Of a stretch of DNA of 28,734 nt, positions 27,727 to 28,734 are shown in pieces. The stretch spans positions 3,721-32,454 of the forward strand of contig JAHFLI010000002.1 in NCBI GenBank assembly GCA_023255615.1. The letters are read 5' to 3'. Position 1 is the stretch's first letter; each line of letters opens with the position of its first letter. The notes beneath the pieces are model-generated. The model did no database searches. It was not told the origin of the DNA and saw nothing but the letters and a program-made list of their open reading frames with translations. The translations under genes were made by a program, and so were the position numbers. This stretch comes from Candidatus Woesearchaeota archaeon (GTDB lineage: Archaea > Nanobdellota > Nanobdellia > Woesearchaeales > JACQSR01).

Positions 27727-28176
27727 ATGAAGGTTGTCAATACCATCCAGATAACGGTGTTTGCAAAAGCGCAAGAAAACAAAGAACAGATTGTTAATAC
27801 ATTGAAAGAATTTTTACCCGGCGATCTGGAAAAAGAAAAAGTATGCATTGAAGAAACCAAAGCGATAGGATCTGATGATAGTCCTGTTGTCATTTACAAA
27901 GTTCTTCTGAGTAAAGATCGTCATTGTAATGATATTCTTCATTTGTTCAAAGAAAAACTACCTGCTGATCAAAAACAATTACTCGTACGACAACTTCATT
28001 CTCGACTGGATGAAGAATTTGATTTTTTTCTCCGCTTGGATAAAGATGCATTGCTGAACGATCATCGCTATGAACTCACTGACGGAGGCCATTGTTTTCA
28101 TTTCAAATTAAATATTGCGTGTTTTCCGAGAAAACGAGCAACCGCAGAAAAAGTCATTAGAGAAATGTTTGTATAA
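27727..28176 (+). CDS. Archaeal predicted RNA-binding protein (DUF54/PF01877-like)
   Basis: ITVFAK..E, RLDEEFDFFLRLDK, LTDGGHCFHFKLNIACFP pattern typical of this archaeal family. Confidence 0.75.
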   Translation: MKVVNTIQITVFAKAQENKEQIVNTLKEFLPGDLEKEKVCIEETKAIGSDDSPVVIYKVLLSKDRHCNDILHLFKEKLPADQKQLLVRQLHSRLDEEFDFFLRLDKDALLNDHRYELTDGGHCFHFKLNIACFPRKRATAEKVIREMFV

Positions 28177-28177
28177 A

Positions 28178-28251
28178 TGGGGTCACGGGGATTTGAACCC
28201 CGAGCTGAGTCCCCCGAAGACCCAATGTTGGCCAAGTTACACCATGACCCC
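28178..28251 (-). tRNA. tRNA-Pro(CGG), no encoded CCA, no intron
   Basis: GGGGTCA...GGGTC-TTCGGGG-GACTC...CGGGG-TTCAAAT-CCCCG-TGACCCC-A forms a cloverleaf; upstream TATA near 28277-28284. Confidence 0.93.
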
Positions 28252-28734
28252 TATCAGTAATAGGAAAAATACAGAATTTATAAAATCGACGAAGTATTAC
28301 TTTCGGTACAGTTCTTGAGCCCGAAAAAGATACTGCTCTCCAAGAGAAGTTGCGATTACATCAACTCGTTTTTGCAGTGCGGAACGTATTTCTCCTGGAA
28401 TTTTTCTTCTTAAATCTTTCTATTTGACACCACTAAATAGTAGTGTTTTAACCAAATGCTAAGATTTAAATAAATACCTTCATTTACGTTTTATTCTGAT
28501 CTCACATGCAGAGTGATTGTTTTTGGCGGAAATGAAGATTTCTTAAGGACGTATGTAGTTAGAGGTTCATTAAATAACCTCAAAAGAGGAGACAGGACTC
28601 ATATTAGCCCCTTTTACACGTTTTTCTCTCCTAATTCCCTTTTTTCCACCCCCACATCACCAAACCTTAATAAAGTTAGAACGAATTATTTTATCCAAAA
28701 AAATGATTGATCTAGAAGCACTCAAAAAAGCGAA

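Noticed and set aside
28178-28251. Alternative reading as tRNA-Arg(TCG)
   Set aside because: That register breaks the anticodon stem. GGGTC/GACTC pairing centres CGG.
28297-28419. A 40-codon headless minus-strand frame KDLRRKIPGEIRSALQKRVDVIATSLGEQYLFRAQELYRK
   Set aside because: Protein-like, but too short, with no start and no recognisable homology.
24581-28620. 12-nt CGTGTAAAAGGG at 24581 and inverted near 28609
   Set aside because: Only two copies 4 kb apart, flanking core genes, with no transposase. Probably chance or SD-like.
28513-28710. 65-aa ORF at the right edge
   Set aside because: GTG start, low-complexity composition and no motif.
1-28734. CRISPR array, integron attC array, IS element or integrase explaining the cassette-like layout
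   Set aside because: I found no regularly spaced repeats, no common junction motif and no recombinase gene by eye. A self dot-plot would be the decisive test.

Overview
Compact, AT-rich archaeal DNA, most likely from a DPANN/Woesearchaeota-like organism. This is inferred from TATA-type promoters, a CCA-less tRNA-Pro with G1-C72, an archaeal-type SRP RNA, a presenilin homolog and a DUF54 gene. 1-5.9 kb: a minus-strand cluster of secreted/lipoprotein TIM-barrel proteins, including a partial ORF missed by the track and two GH-A-like paralogs that both lack the catalytic nucleophile. 6.1-20.3 kb: five branched-chain amino acid genes (ilvC, leuC, leuD, ilvD, ilvE), all on +, each with its own TATA box. 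They are separated by inserted DNA: a RelE-type TA pair, an MNT with a decayed HEPN toxin, a thrB fragment, orphan gene fragments, a fossil leuC 3' end, a sulfatase lipoprotein, an AEC transporter, a racemase and MscL. 20.3-24.2 kb: a complete NHEJ set (Ku, a phosphoesterase-polymerase fusion, a stand-alone ATP-dependent ligase) with yaaA upstream. 24.2-28.3 kb: core-like genes (SRP RNA, MBL hydrolase, presenilin-like protease, two MgtE membrane-domain genes, DUF54, tRNA-Pro(CGG)). No CRISPR array, transposase or integrase was seen. Family calls come from motif recognition by eye, not from database searches.
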